Source of the DNA: Bispira polyomma
Taxonomy: Eukaryota
Length of the DNA: 64,000 bases
Direction: 5' to 3'
Assembly (NCBI GenBank): GCA_965649765.1
Contig: OZ287754.1
Coordinates: 30,504,001-30,568,000, forward strand
Positions 12,701 to 23,700 of this stretch are shown here, in pieces. The notes beneath the pieces were generated by a model. The model saw only the letters and a list, made by a program, of their open reading frames with translations. It was not told where the DNA came from and ran no database searches. A program made the position numbers and the translations under genes. Positions within the stretch are counted from its first letter, which is position 1. The number at the start of each line of letters is the position of its first letter.

Positions 12701-15700
12701 TAGTTTACAGAAAAACAGGTACCACTTCTAGTTATAACATAACCCCAGTACACTGAGACTCCTGTAAACAGAAAACCAATAGTTTACAGCAAAACAGGCA
12801 CCACTTCTAGTTATTTTATTTTATTTTTTATATTATACATTCGTACTCAAAATAAAGTTATAATATATATATAAATAGGTGGTTTTTTTTACAACTAAAT
12901 GCCAGAGGTGCAATTATAAATAATTGTGAAGTAACAGAGATTATTTTACACAAAAGTATTCTAGCATAAAAGTAATTTCATCTTTTCATCAGGTGATCTC
13001 ATTGCTCTTAAGGCATGTTTAGTCTTCTCTATTTTCTACCAGTTCTTGAATATTAGCTGTATTTAATATATCAGTATCGATTGTACTTTCCTCATCTTTA
13101 GCATTGATTCATTTAAGATATTTCAGAAACTTATTTAAATATAATAACTTGATAAATCTGTACATCATCTTACTCTTTAACTATGATTAAAAGTGTGCTG
13201 AAAAGCAAACGGTAAATCAAACTAGAAGTAAAAACAACTAGTATATTGACAATGTGAATTCTGCTCTTCATTTTTGTGCAATCAAACCACTTAAAAATTT
13301 AAGACCATTACTTACATACTGTGTGACTTCACTGGTACAGATAGATTCAGACTTGCATCCTTTAGTGATGGACATTCGGCCGTCACCATGACTACGTACT
13401 ACTGTCTGACATCCGCCCTGTGTAATGAGTACAAAGCATAGCTTGTAAGATATAGTACATGTAAACCCGCCTGTGTATGCTCAGTCTGAACTATCAGTGT
13501 ATAACTAGAGTCAGCCTCGACCAACAGCAAAACCCCAGCCTGCAAGTTGGACTCATAATGAACCATGTAAATTGGAGCCAGAATCAGTAATACAATCGAA
13601 GCTGTATTATGCAAATATATTGTAAGAGTAAATTGTTCTGTGAAGTATCTGTCATAAAATAAGGACGAGTACTAAAAACAGTTTTCAGAGCAATACTTTT
13701 CATTCGATCCTGTCAATACCTCTAATCAACTCTTGATATCACTGGGGTACATATTTCCCACAAGTTTGGTAAAAATTCATCAAGAGGTTTTGTCTGCAGC
13801 ACCGACTCAAACAATATCAAATTCATTAAATAACGTTTTCATGTCACTAATTTTCACCAGATCCTGGCCAAAACCTTATCATTTTTAGATCACACAGGAA
13901 GGGGGGGGGGGGGGGGGGGGTTACACATTTCCTGCAACCTGTTTAAAAATCTGTCAAGGGGGTCGGTCTGTAACACTAACAATTGAGTCAAAAATGATTG
14001 CCATGGTGATAGTGCATATGGATCTTGGATGTAGATAGTTCTAGATCTCATAGTGATGAACATTCCCATAAGGAACGGTCCTAGATTTTCTTTTGCTTTA
14101 GACACTGTGGTACCTTGATTGAGTTATGTACTCACCTAAGTGCCCTTAGTAGTAATTATGTAACTATAATCATTAAGTAACCATTAAAATATTAAATGCA
14201 ACAATGATGGTTCAACAAGCTTTAATTATTTGAGACCATTTTGAGACAACTACTATCACTAGTACTCACTGTATCTCCTGCTGAGCATGTCTGTTGTTGA
14301 CCATTCTGCCTACAGAGGGAGTCACTGTCTTGACTGTTACAGCTCCAACACTGGTTGGCTGCCCCATCTGATTAACATAAATTAAGTGATATTTGTGTTA
14401 ATTTGTGCAGTGGCCCAATGGTTATAGAATAATATATTATCAGGTGCAACATGGTGGTGTTTTCATTCTGAAAAGTGCACCGCTATTGAAAAAAGTGCCG
14501 CCATCTTAGTAATAATATGTAAGACCTTCATGGATTGTTTGAAAGCAATCGACCTGTCTAAAATCATGGGTGTCACATTTTTACAGTTTATAGTGGCCAT
14601 ATCAACGTTAGTGTTTTTCTTTCTGTGGGGCTGTGTCTTTTTTAAAAGACAACTCTTGTTTCACAATTACTTTCCCTTTCACTGCTGAGGACGGGGATGC
14701 CAATCCCACTCTGAAAGTATGTCAGTTACTTGCCTTATAATAATGCCCCATTCACACATATAGGGTATGTAGGCAGCACAAGAAGGAGGGCTAAGGTGTG
14801 TAGAGTACTTTACTTTATGCTGGTTATAACACCTAAAAGGCATGATAGCCAACTGCGAGAGATAGCCTTTGCCTTGTCAGCTTTGCAGTGTTAGAAGATG
14901 GTCGGTGGTACCAGAAGCCAACAGAAAATATTGTAATTACTTTTCCGCCTGTCACATGGGCTTTTCCATGTGGGAGAAATATACCCCTCTGAGAAATATA
15001 CCCCGTGAAACTTGTTCAGATAAATTTTACAGACGGAAACAGACGTTTACTGGCACAGGAGACTTACAGTAGTGATAAGCAAAATACTCGGAAACAGGTG
15101 GAAATGGGACAGAAGAGTATCAGTAGTGTTTTAACAATAAGATTCTCCGCCTTTTTCTGCTTTGGTGAGGCGGAAGTTTTAACCCTACCCATAACTTTTG
15201 TTTCCCATGGTTGACTGTATAAGGTTCAGGAATGAAGCTAAATTTAAGAGAAGTTACAGATAGGGTTCCGCTTTTAATTTTTAAAACAACTCTTAACGCC
15301 TCTTCATAACATCATAGTGTGAACGCCACATTACAGAATGTGTGTGAGGCTATGGTCAGGTTAATAGACGATATGACCACACAAACACCACACATTACAA
15401 GGTAAAATGCAGTTACTCTGCAGTAAGGCTACGGCAACAGAATGTATTTATTCAGTTTTACCATTGTTTCTTCATTGGGTATTTCCACCTACTTCCAACT
15501 AATCTAATCTAATCTAATCTAATCGTACTTTTATAGCGCTTAATCTTTGTACAACAAATTCTAAGGCGCAACTAACCTAAGCATTAATCAAAAAAATCAG
15601 AAATGGGGGACGGATGGTGGTCATAACCAGAGAGACTACCGGGATGGTTGCGATGGCTAAGGTGGAAAGGCCTGTTCGAAAAGGTAGGCCTTCAGTTTAC

Positions 15701-17713
15701 TCCTAAAAGATGAGAACGTTTGAGCCAAGCGAACATGATCAGGCAGGCTGTTCCATATGAAGGGGCCATCATGAGCAAGGCAATGACTGAAATGTACTTT
15801 GGATTTGTGGATGTGAGGGTCGAAAGTGGGAATGTTAAGATATAACTTATCAGGGTTACTGCGCCTAGTCCTGACTGAGCATGTATATTTGGATAGATGG
15901 GGGCTGAAATAGGTGGGTGATCCAGAATTTAGAAATTTGTATATAATTGTTGCAATTTTGAAAGCAACACGATATTTTATTGGGAGCCAGTGGAGTGACT
16001 TAAGTACAGGAGTAATATGAGAAAATTTAGAAGTTTTGGCCACGATGCGAGCCAATGAGTGTTGAATGTTCTGAAGACGTTTGAGGTCACTACAAGATTG
16101 GGAACGGAACAGAAAGTTGCAGTAATCAAGCCTGCTTCTGACCAAGACGTTGGCAATAGTGATTGCAGTGGATTTGGTTAGATAACGCCTAATTTGCCTG
16201 AAATCACGGAGGCCAACAAAACATGATCTACACACGGATGCAACATGGTTGGAGAAGGAGAATTCAGAGTCAAACAACACGCCCAGGTTGGGTACTTTGT
16301 CAGCTGGGAAAAGCCTGCTGCCAAGAATATCAACTGGGAAACAGCTGGACAGTTTTTCCCGTTGCAACTTGGAGCCAAACAAAATAAACTCGGTCTTATC
16401 AGGGTTCATTTGCTGCCATCCAGTGTTGTACATCGACAAGGCAGTTCTGTAAGGAGTTGAAAGCTGCCTGGGCAGAATCGGGTGTAAGGTGGATGTACAA
16501 TTGGGTATCATCCGCATAGAAGTGAAAGTTTATGTTTTTGTATGCAGCAATGATCTTGCTGAGTGGGGTGGTATACATTGAGAACAAAATAGGACCCAGG
16601 ACTGAGCCCTGGGGAACACCAAATTTTAACCATGTAGGGTCGGACAAGATGGTGCCAATTTTGACCGATTGGAATCTATCAGACAAATACGCCGTGAACC
16701 ATTTAAGTGCAGTACCCTTGATACCAAACCAAGACGATAGGCACTCAAGAAGAACTTTGAGATCAATAGTATCAAATGCTAATAAATACTAATAACTAAT
16801 AGGTGCTCCCATAATTATGAATGGTAATGACTGTTATAGACTCTAATAGCCGATTCCCATAACGGAAGATATGTGGTAGTTCAGAAATTTGAAACATTCC
16901 CAAAATCATTGCCTTTTTCGGATGTGTTAGATGGCTTGAGAATGAAGGTATAGAGAGGTCAACTGGAGGTACAAGGCAATATTTATAACTTCTATCATTA
17001 TCTCTTTGTAACAACACAGTATGAATGGCACATTAGGTCAATCGTTATAGTGCAACAGCCGAATCAATCAACCAATCATGAATCCTACAACATAGTCTGG
17101 GCCATCATCAGTAGGCAATGCTTGTAAACGTCTGGTCTAATAATGTTATCCCACCAATAAACACAGCGGCTTTAACAGGAGTAGAACCGGGGACATTCCA
17201 ATCACCAGATACACTTTCCAAACACTAGGTCATGAGAGACCACAAGATCCTATAAAGTACTAGTTTTCTCCACAAATAATTCTGGCGGTTGCTACAGAAA
17301 TAAATTATGTAAAAGATTTACACGTGGTACCTTTGCTAAATTATTTAGCTACTTCTAAAAAATAACATATTATGTAGGTCAGACATTTGTCAAAATAAAT
17401 ATTGGTTTTTAAAATAAAAAAATTTAAGTGTTGGCTTACTTGGCCAAGTTCACACTTGTAAAATTATATACACTGTATAACCTATATGACTTCAGTAGTA
17501 ATGAATTATTAAGCTTGTCCTAAAGTTACACTTAGATAGATTGCTTCTGGTATCAACAGTCTATGCTTATATATTCATTGAAACTACTCTAAGTTCAGTT
17601 AAATAGCTTTGCAAAATATATCACATAAAATATTAAGAATTAAGCTCACCTATAAGGAGCACATATCCCAAAGTTGAAATAGCAAAACCTATGATATAGC
17701 CGTTAATCATCAT
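690..17713 (-). CDS. Gene A: secreted mosaic protein SP-[LU-CBM14-EGF-EGF]x2-LU-Thr-rich linker (at least 17 exons, about 597 aa in window, 3' end not found in window)
   Basis: Exons joined by hand with canonical GT/AG and consistent phases, no stops: 17713-17650, 14367-14270, 13417-13316, 11972-11888, 10897-10703, 9904-9797, 8887-8774, 8259-8162, 7084-6983, 6080-5996, 5677-5483, 4368-4261, 3542-3429, 3113-3013, 2368-2270, 1346-1262, 728-690 (1792 nt). The last exon ends at a GTAAG donor, so the gene probably continues left of the window. Confidence 0.85.
1262..1346 (-). CDS. Gene A exon 16, LU domain 3 part c
   Basis: ASQCTGYDEVGAICYDCCTTDLCNKNLP; CCxxDLCN. Confidence 0.82.
1640..2105. repeat. 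Intronic minisatellite, 36-37 bp unit, about 13 copies
   Basis: Unit about CACAAAAGTGCACATTCTATTATCTTCCTATGTCCCC; accounts for the three spurious repetitive ORFs. Confidence 0.9.
2270..2368 (-). CDS. Gene A exon 15, LU domain 3 part b
   Basis: GGCQTEVRVYQHYKTITKRCKAKSVCESEKQQY. Confidence 0.8.
3013..3113 (-). CDS. Gene A exon 14, LU domain 3 part a (diverged)
   Basis: SDSAASVCWACTNANNEAMCVSSGWEQTCNQGDT; same phases (1-0) as exons 2 and 8. Confidence 0.8.
3429..3542 (-). CDS. Gene A exon 13, EGF domain
   Basis: [37 protein letters not shown]. Confidence 0.88.
4261..4368 (-). CDS. Gene A exon 12, EGF-like domain
   Basis: Copy of exon 6 with only synonymous differences. Confidence 0.85.
5110..5330 (+). 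mobile_element. tRNA-derived SINE remnant
   Basis: A box GGTCTAGTGGTTAGG, B box GGTTCGACTCC, then a TCCTTGGGCAAG core-like motif. Confidence 0.65.
5483..5677 (-). CDS. Gene A exon 11, CBM14 chitin-binding domain 2
   Basis: ...DGDYQSCQGCNVYASCGGGIFYDNRQCSAANLVWDDRTKRCEYESSTC. Confidence 0.85.
5996..6080 (-). CDS. Gene A exon 10, LU domain 2 part c
   Basis: Copy of exon 4; CCTTNNCN. Confidence 0.85.
6065..6450. repeat. 79-80 bp tandem repeat, 5 copies, each containing the exon 10 splice acceptor
   Basis: Unit CAGTACATTGAGACTCCTGTAAACAGAAAACCAATAGTTTACAGTAAAACAGGTACCA(C/T)TTCTAGTTATAACATAACCC; the first copy overlaps the exon. Confidence 0.9.
6983..7084 (-). CDS. Gene A exon 9, LU domain 2 part b
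   Basis: Copy of exon 3 with intact splice sites. Confidence 0.85.
8162..8259 (-). CDS. Gene A exon 8, LU domain 2 part a
   Basis: Near-identical copy of exon 2 with intact splice sites. Confidence 0.85.
8774..8887 (-). CDS. Gene A exon 7, calcium-binding-type EGF domain
   Basis: [37 protein letters not shown]; phase 1-1. Confidence 0.88.
9797..9904 (-). CDS. Gene A exon 6, EGF-like domain
   Basis: [36 protein letters not shown]; phase 1-1. Confidence 0.85.
10703..10897 (-). CDS. Gene A exon 5, chitin-binding type 2 (CBM14/peritrophin-A-like) domain 1
   Basis: ECISDCSNIPDGDYQSCQGCNVYASCGGGIFYDNRQCAAASLAWDDRTKRCEYESSTC; symmetrical phase 1-1 exon. Confidence 0.85.
11888..11972 (-). CDS. 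Gene A exon 4, LU domain 1 part c
   Basis: ESQCTGHDVSGSICYYCCTTNNCNNVIV; diagnostic CCxxxxCN. Confidence 0.85.
11959..12814. repeat. 79 bp tandem repeat, 11 copies, each containing the exon 4 splice acceptor
   Basis: Same unit as 6065-6450; copies counted by eye. Confidence 0.92.
13316..13417 (-). CDS. Gene A exon 3, LU domain 1 part b
   Basis: GGCQTVVRSHGDGRMSITKGCKSESICTSEVTQY; KGC motif of three-finger domains. Confidence 0.85.
14270..14367 (-). CDS. Gene A exon 2, LU domain 1 part a
   Basis: DGAANQCWSCNSQDSDSLCRQNGQQQTCSAGDT; CAG acceptor, GTGAG donor. Confidence 0.85.
15499..16779 (-). mobile_element. 5'-truncated L2/CR1-group LINE (RT C-terminal half) in gene A intron 1
   Basis: GVPQGSVLGPILF, FYADDTQLY, LHWLPIKYR, ...KAYLFEQAFPP; 3' end GATTAAGCGCTATAAAAG plus a (TTAGA)n tail; frameshifted. 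Confidence 0.9.
17650..17713 (-). CDS. Gene A exon 1, signal peptide MMINGYIIGFAISTLGYVLLI
   Basis: ATG, hydrophobic stretch, phase-1 donor G|GTGAG that matches the phase of the next exon. Confidence 0.75.
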
Positions 17714-19294
17714 AGCTAATTTCGATGTTCAACTGTTCACACACGAGGACGAAATGCTCTTTTTTTTATCAGATCCACAGGTTTTATCTGTTTGTTATTT
17801 GACTTAAATACCTATTCAAGGTCCATTGCACTTATATGTGGAGTGTTTTTGGTCCGCAGATTAAGATAGGTCTTAAAGTGCATGATTTTGGGGGGGATTA
17901 TTAGGAATATATTTTTTTATTAGATCCATAAGTTTTATCTGTTTATTAGTCTATTTTTTTCTATTTTCATTATTACATGAAATCAATCATTTATTGAACT
18001 TTTTTGTTACATAATAAAACAACAGTTTCTCAATGTAAATATGTACATGTTAATATATATAATTTTATCTGTATTTATCTACAATTTGTATTATCTCTGT
18101 TCCACTTTTTATTGTAATTTTTTTATCTTGTACTGTGCCCACGAATAAATGAATAAATAAAAATAAACTCCTATTTATGGTCCATTTTACTTTATGTAGT
18201 GTATTAGGTAATGAGATTAAGGCAAGTCCGAAAGTGTGTCATTTTCGGGGGTTTATTTCATATTATATTTATACAAGTAGTTATCAAATTGATTCTGACA
18301 CGAAATGCTTGTTATGATAACAATTCAATAAACAGACATAATGAGGCATTAATCAATGAATGTCAATGACCTAAAAATATACGAATTCGAAAAATATAGC
18401 TTTCTCAACATATGACTTATTAAGTTAGAATCATTGACGCATCCAGTATTTGGTCCAAAAGCTTTTGGAAATTGCACTTATATTGAAGATTATGGTCACA
18501 AACAGACTCTCATTTAATTCGTGTTTTGACATTATTTTATGACATATTAGCCCACCAGAATAATACAGTTTACACTCTGATAGAATATCTGTATACATAA
18601 GCTTTACTGCTAACATAAAATACTGATTTATTAGAGTGCAAACTGTGCTTTAATGGAGGCTTAAGATATCGTGAGATAATGTCAATACATGGATTACATG
18701 AAATTTTTATACCAAGTTTTGAAATTAACTGAAAATTTATGTTTATATCATAATCCCTTTAAAAATGAAGCCAGACAATGAATAGAATAATAAACAAAAA
18801 TCCATTTTTTATATTTGTGTAAATCCTTTATATACATATGCATGGACATTTCTAGTTCTAGTCTAAATATAAGAATCTCACTTTTCAAGTACCATTGTCC
18901 CTTTATGTGTTAGACTAACTGAATACATAATGCTTGTCTTGTTACCTTTAATAAACTTCGTACACTAAGAACAGTAAAGTGTTAAGGCGACATTAATTTA
19001 AAGGTGTACTTTAGTTTATTTTAATGACATCATTGTCTGTTTTGATACATTTGGTATCAAAGCTGCACAAATACTGATTAAAATAAATTAATCAAGTGAG
19101 AAGAATATCTGACTAATAAACAAGTTATTTTTATTGATTTAAACTTGCACACAAAGCCAATCTCGGTGAATGTGTACTAAGAAGTTGATGACCATAAAAG
19201 ACTTCTCTAGGATACAATTTACAAATACTTTGTAGAAAGAGTTTTTCTCTAATAGTGGGTGTTTAATTTAAATTCAAATGTAAGAACTATTAGT

Positions 19295-21573
19295 AAATCA
19301 TAAGCAAACCCAGTAAATCAAGGTGGGGCACCTTAAGGTGCATAATTCTAAAAAACAATACTATTGTGAATAACATAAACTCAAGTTAAGCTGACCCGGG
19401 TATCCTAAGGTAACCTTACATATAAAGTAATATAAACTTAATTTAAAGTATGCTTAAATTAAATTGAATTAAAACTCAATTAATGGTAGTCTTAAACTGG
19501 TGTTGGATATAGATATGTAGTACATGTATGTAGAAAATTTACTCTCACTCTCTTCAAGGTCAGCTGTAGGCAGTGAATATGGTGTTGAAGACAACAATTT
19601 CAGTGCAGCAGGGACCCTAAACTTTTTGTTACTTTTGGCCACAAAAAGGCCTTGTTTTCAGGTTGCTTACCAAACACCAGTAAACAAATACCTATAATTG
19701 GCTACATTAAAATAGGCCCCCCCCTGATTGGCCTTGCAGTGGGTGACACCAAACTTTTGGAGGGAATATTTTGTTTATACATTGAAACAGAAATCTCAAG
19801 GAACCATGGACCTGTAATTTTGTATTAAGGGGTAGTACAATGCAGCCACGTAAAAGGGGGGTTGCACTTTGTGATGGATAACACAAAAAGTGGTAAAACG
19901 TATAGGTCGGGGGGTAAAAACGGGGTGGTCGAGAAGGTCGGAAAGAATATTCAACATGTTAAATATTTTCAAAAAGTGTCTCAACTTGCGTTCTGGACCT
20001 CTAAAAACAGAACGGTCGGCTTCGGCGATTAAGTTCGATCCTATTGGCGATACGTTCTGTCTGATAAGTCTTAATGTCACACCAGGCCTATCCTAACGCT
20101 GGCCCGTCGAAACGTATTGGTCAGGGGGCAAAAATGGGTTGGTCTGGAAGGTCGGGAAGAATATATGTACAAAGACACATATTTTAGCCTAATTTGTCAG
20201 TCCCGATAACGGAATTCAGTTTAAAAGTTGTTTACCTTTGCGACATCAAACCAACTTCCGGTGCAGTTTATGTATACGAACGACACAATTATTTGCTGTT
20301 ATTTACAACAAACATTCATCCAAAATGAGGTCTAAACAGGTATTATTTCTTTTATTTCAGATGCAATCAGCCCATTTTGTCAGTCATTTTTACCATAATC
20401 GTCCCGACTTTGACTTCTTATATGTTCGTTCTTGATGGTCTGGGTGGTGAATCTGTCAGATCCTATTGGCGATACATTCGATCCTAGTGTGATATGTCAG
20501 ATCCTATCACCAGTAAGTTTGATCCTATATAGGTTCAAGTAAAAAATAGATTTTATTGTTTTTTTTGCCCCGACATTCCCGACTTTAAAATTGGGCCCAT
20601 TTTGCTGATCGAACTTGAATGTGGAATCACTGCTTAAAATTCTGTGCACAGACATTAAAGAGATCACCTTTTTACCATAAGTTTTAGTATTTTAGCTAGG
20701 GGCCTATGGTTTTAGAATAATGGGGGTATAAGTCTCTCGCTCTCATTTCTGTAATCTTTAAAAACAAAAGAATTAATGACGAAATTTTAAGAATAAAACT
20801 TACGGACACTGAACATAATAAAACAGCTATTAATAAAACATGGAATAGAGTATATTTCATTTGTTAGACAGAATTTCATGAAATATGTTTGTGTATGTAA
20901 TTACTTATGTATGCATGTTTTCGCTTAGTACTTTCTGCCACTTTATTCATTGTATATTCTAATTAAAATTCTATGAAAACAATAAAATGTTTAAAATAAA
21001 TTTAAAAAATAAAAATAATGGGAGTATAACATACAATGATGCATATCTATATGCGCATGTTTTCTATATTTAAATTAACTTGCATGTCTTGCATATACTC
21101 TGATAAGATCTAACAATGTCAATTATACATATACATATATACATAGATTTACATAGTAAAAAACATAACTGAAATAATATTGTAATGGCATAGTATAATA
21201 TAGTTAATAATCTAATGCATGGACTTTCATATAGTTGCCTTGTCGGACAATGGTTCACCTTAACCAACCACTATGATGAAATCATAAGCAAACCTAGTAA
21301 ATCAAGTTGTGGGCATCTTAAGGTGCAAATTCTAAAAAAAACTATATGTATGTAGGTAACGTAAACTCAAGTTAAGATGATCGGGTATTCTAATATAACC
21401 ATACCTGTAAAGTAATGTTAACTTAATTTAAAGTGTATTTAAATTACCTTATATTAAAACTTATTTTATGGTAGCCTTAAACTGGCGTTGTAGATATGTA
21501 GAAAATATAAAATAAAACATATATACCATCCATCTGCTTCTCACACTATTCAAGGTCAGCTGTTGGCACTGAA
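19295..21573. repeat. Pair of diverged direct repeats of about 285 bp (19295-19577 and 21279-21573)
   Basis: Both start AAATCATAAGCAAACC and end TCAAGGTCAGCTGT.GGCA.TGAA, and align throughout. Confidence 0.8.
19825..20640. mobile_element. Probable non-autonomous DNA transposon with mirror-oriented GGTCGG/CCGAC motifs
   Basis: CpG-rich relative to the flanks; GGTCGG motifs in the left half and CCCGAC in the right half; GATCCTATTGGCGATAC repeated; ends not resolved. Confidence 0.4.
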
Positions 21574-21679
21574 ATTCATATGTAAAATCTTATTTGAGCA
21601 GTTTCTTCAAACTATACATATATGATTTTCATGCCTGCTTAGATTTACAAACTTACAAATTTTCCTCCAGATAAATACA

Positions 21680-21835
21680 AAGTCAAAGTTAATGTTTTAC
21701 GTCCCGTTCAACAGCCAGGGTCATATTGGGACAGGCCCACAGCATTTGCCAGTTGTGGGAGGCGAACCCACACAGAGTTGACAGCCTGTGATTAGATGCC
21801 AAACTTGCTAACCACTCGGCCACTGAGGACCTATC
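21680..21835 (-). mobile_element. tRNA-derived SINE with a 13-bp target-site duplication
   Basis: Head GTGGCCGAGTGGTTAGC (A box) and GGGTTCGCCTCC (B-box-like); flanked by CCAGATAAATACA at 21667-21679 and 21836-21848. Confidence 0.85.
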
Positions 21836-23603
21836 CCAGATAAATACAGGACTGTATCTTGTGCAAATAATTATCACTTGTGAGTATTGTTTGTCATTTG
21901 TGAATACTCTTTCTACTGATGAAAACCCATAAGTTAGTGGTGAGAAAGCTGAACTTAGGAAATGCTAGGAAAATGCCTAATCGAAGGAATACATATTATA
22001 TCGTTGAAACGAATTCATTAAAGCATAATATATACAGCATCCTGGGGCCGCTTTCAAAAACATTCTACGAATTTTCGTAGTCTCAATTAATCATATTCTT
22101 TGAAAAAACGTTTTCATAAATCATATTACTTGAGACAAAAATGTAGGAATAAGTATGTTTGTGAATACCAACCGTGGTCTTAGCTCATTTGAATTGTCTT
22201 GGATTTATAACATTGATCTCGAAACCTTTAACAGAACTATATATCACTATAAGTATGCATTACATGATGTTCATAGATATGACCCTTTCAACCGCTTTAA
22301 AAATGTACTGACCAATTCTTTGATAAATGCGTCAATTTGGATCTGCTAACTGGGTCATGTTCTTGAGCTTTTAGGGATCGTCAACAAGAGATCATAAAAT
22401 GTGGACTCTGGATCACATCCTATATAAACAACAGGACAAATACTCCTCTACCCACTAAGTGTTGTCTGTTAATTAAAGCCCCACCCTAAGAGCTAGCCTA
22501 GCTGGCTTCCAGGTGGTTTATTTATTGGACCTTCAATATTTGTCAACTGACAATGAGTGCTGTATAATTAGATGTATTTGATATGTGACCATGTTTATTG
22601 GATGACAACAAAATGTTTGATGTATGGTGCCTTCCTTTAGAGATAGATCACATATCAGGGCCAAACAGTTCAAATATATACCCATTAATGGTCTTGTGCT
22701 ATATTATGACATCAGAGATTGTTTTCAATTGTAGTTCATTGTAGTTTATACTAAAGAGGTTATTTAACAAGAACTGCATGTCCAAAAGGACATACTATCG
22801 GGCTCTTCTGTAGGGATAAACAAAAGTGTGTTTTTAAAAAAGACACAGGAGCACAGTGTGAAATTTACACTAATATTGATATGGCCACTATATACTCCGC
22901 CTGATACCAATAAATCTCTGACACCCCTCAGTTTGGCCCGGCCAATCGCTACCAACCAATCCATTAAGGCCTTACACATTTTCTAAGATTGTGGCACCCT
23001 TTTCAAACAATATTATGCTGCGCCTGATAAAAATAAATATAGTAGACTATCGAGTTTGGTTTTAGTTATAACTAACTTTTACTTCTTGTACAAAATTTAA
23101 AAACTAGCACTTTTGAATATCAGTGTCAGAAAATTAGTTCTAATTATAAAGAATTGCAGACTTATACTGCTTCTAGTTAGGGAGAGTCTACTGTGTAAAG
23201 AATAATGTTTCACGAAACATAACTCGCAAGAAAAAACATCGAAATTGACCAATATGGGATCGTAAACTTGAAACTGATCTGTGCTAGTAACTTTGCTGCG
23301 TCCCCAATGAAATACTCTTAACAACACACTTATGAAAAATAACACAAACTGATGAATATAAATTGTCTTTATGACTCCAGTTGGACCTAGAACACAAGGT
23401 CATAGGTCAAATCTGACAAGTGCCTGATATTCTCCTGACCCTGGATTCCTATTCACTCACAATACGTTCCAATTGTAAAGGAGATCTAAGCCAAAACATG
23501 AAAGTTGACACCATTGTAGATCTGTGTGGTTCATAACCGTACCAGTGAGTTTCTGAGGTCCTACAGAGATAGCCTGACAAATTTAACTGCATTTGAATTG
23601 ATT

Positions 23604-23700
23604 GTTTGTGAGATATAAGACCAACTGATAACATTGACCTTCATGGTCCCAGTTTGTGAGATATAAGACCAACTGATAACATTGACCTTCATGGTCCCAG
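23604..23700. repeat. 47-bp tandem duplication
   Basis: GTTTGTGAGATATAAGACCAACTGATAACATTGACCTTCATGGTCCCA twice. Confidence 0.85.

Noticed and set aside
11959-12814. CRISPR-like regular array
   Set aside because: Units are contiguous near-identical repeats with no unique spacers, there are no cas genes, and the context is a eukaryotic intron.
17831-17836. TATA box for gene A (TATAAG on the minus strand)
   Set aside because: Weak match in AT-rich, locally duplicated sequence, and the transcription start is unknown.
21910-21990. Possible hammerhead ribozyme (CTGATGA...GAAA)
   Set aside because: Stem II and stem III pairing around the core could not be built convincingly.
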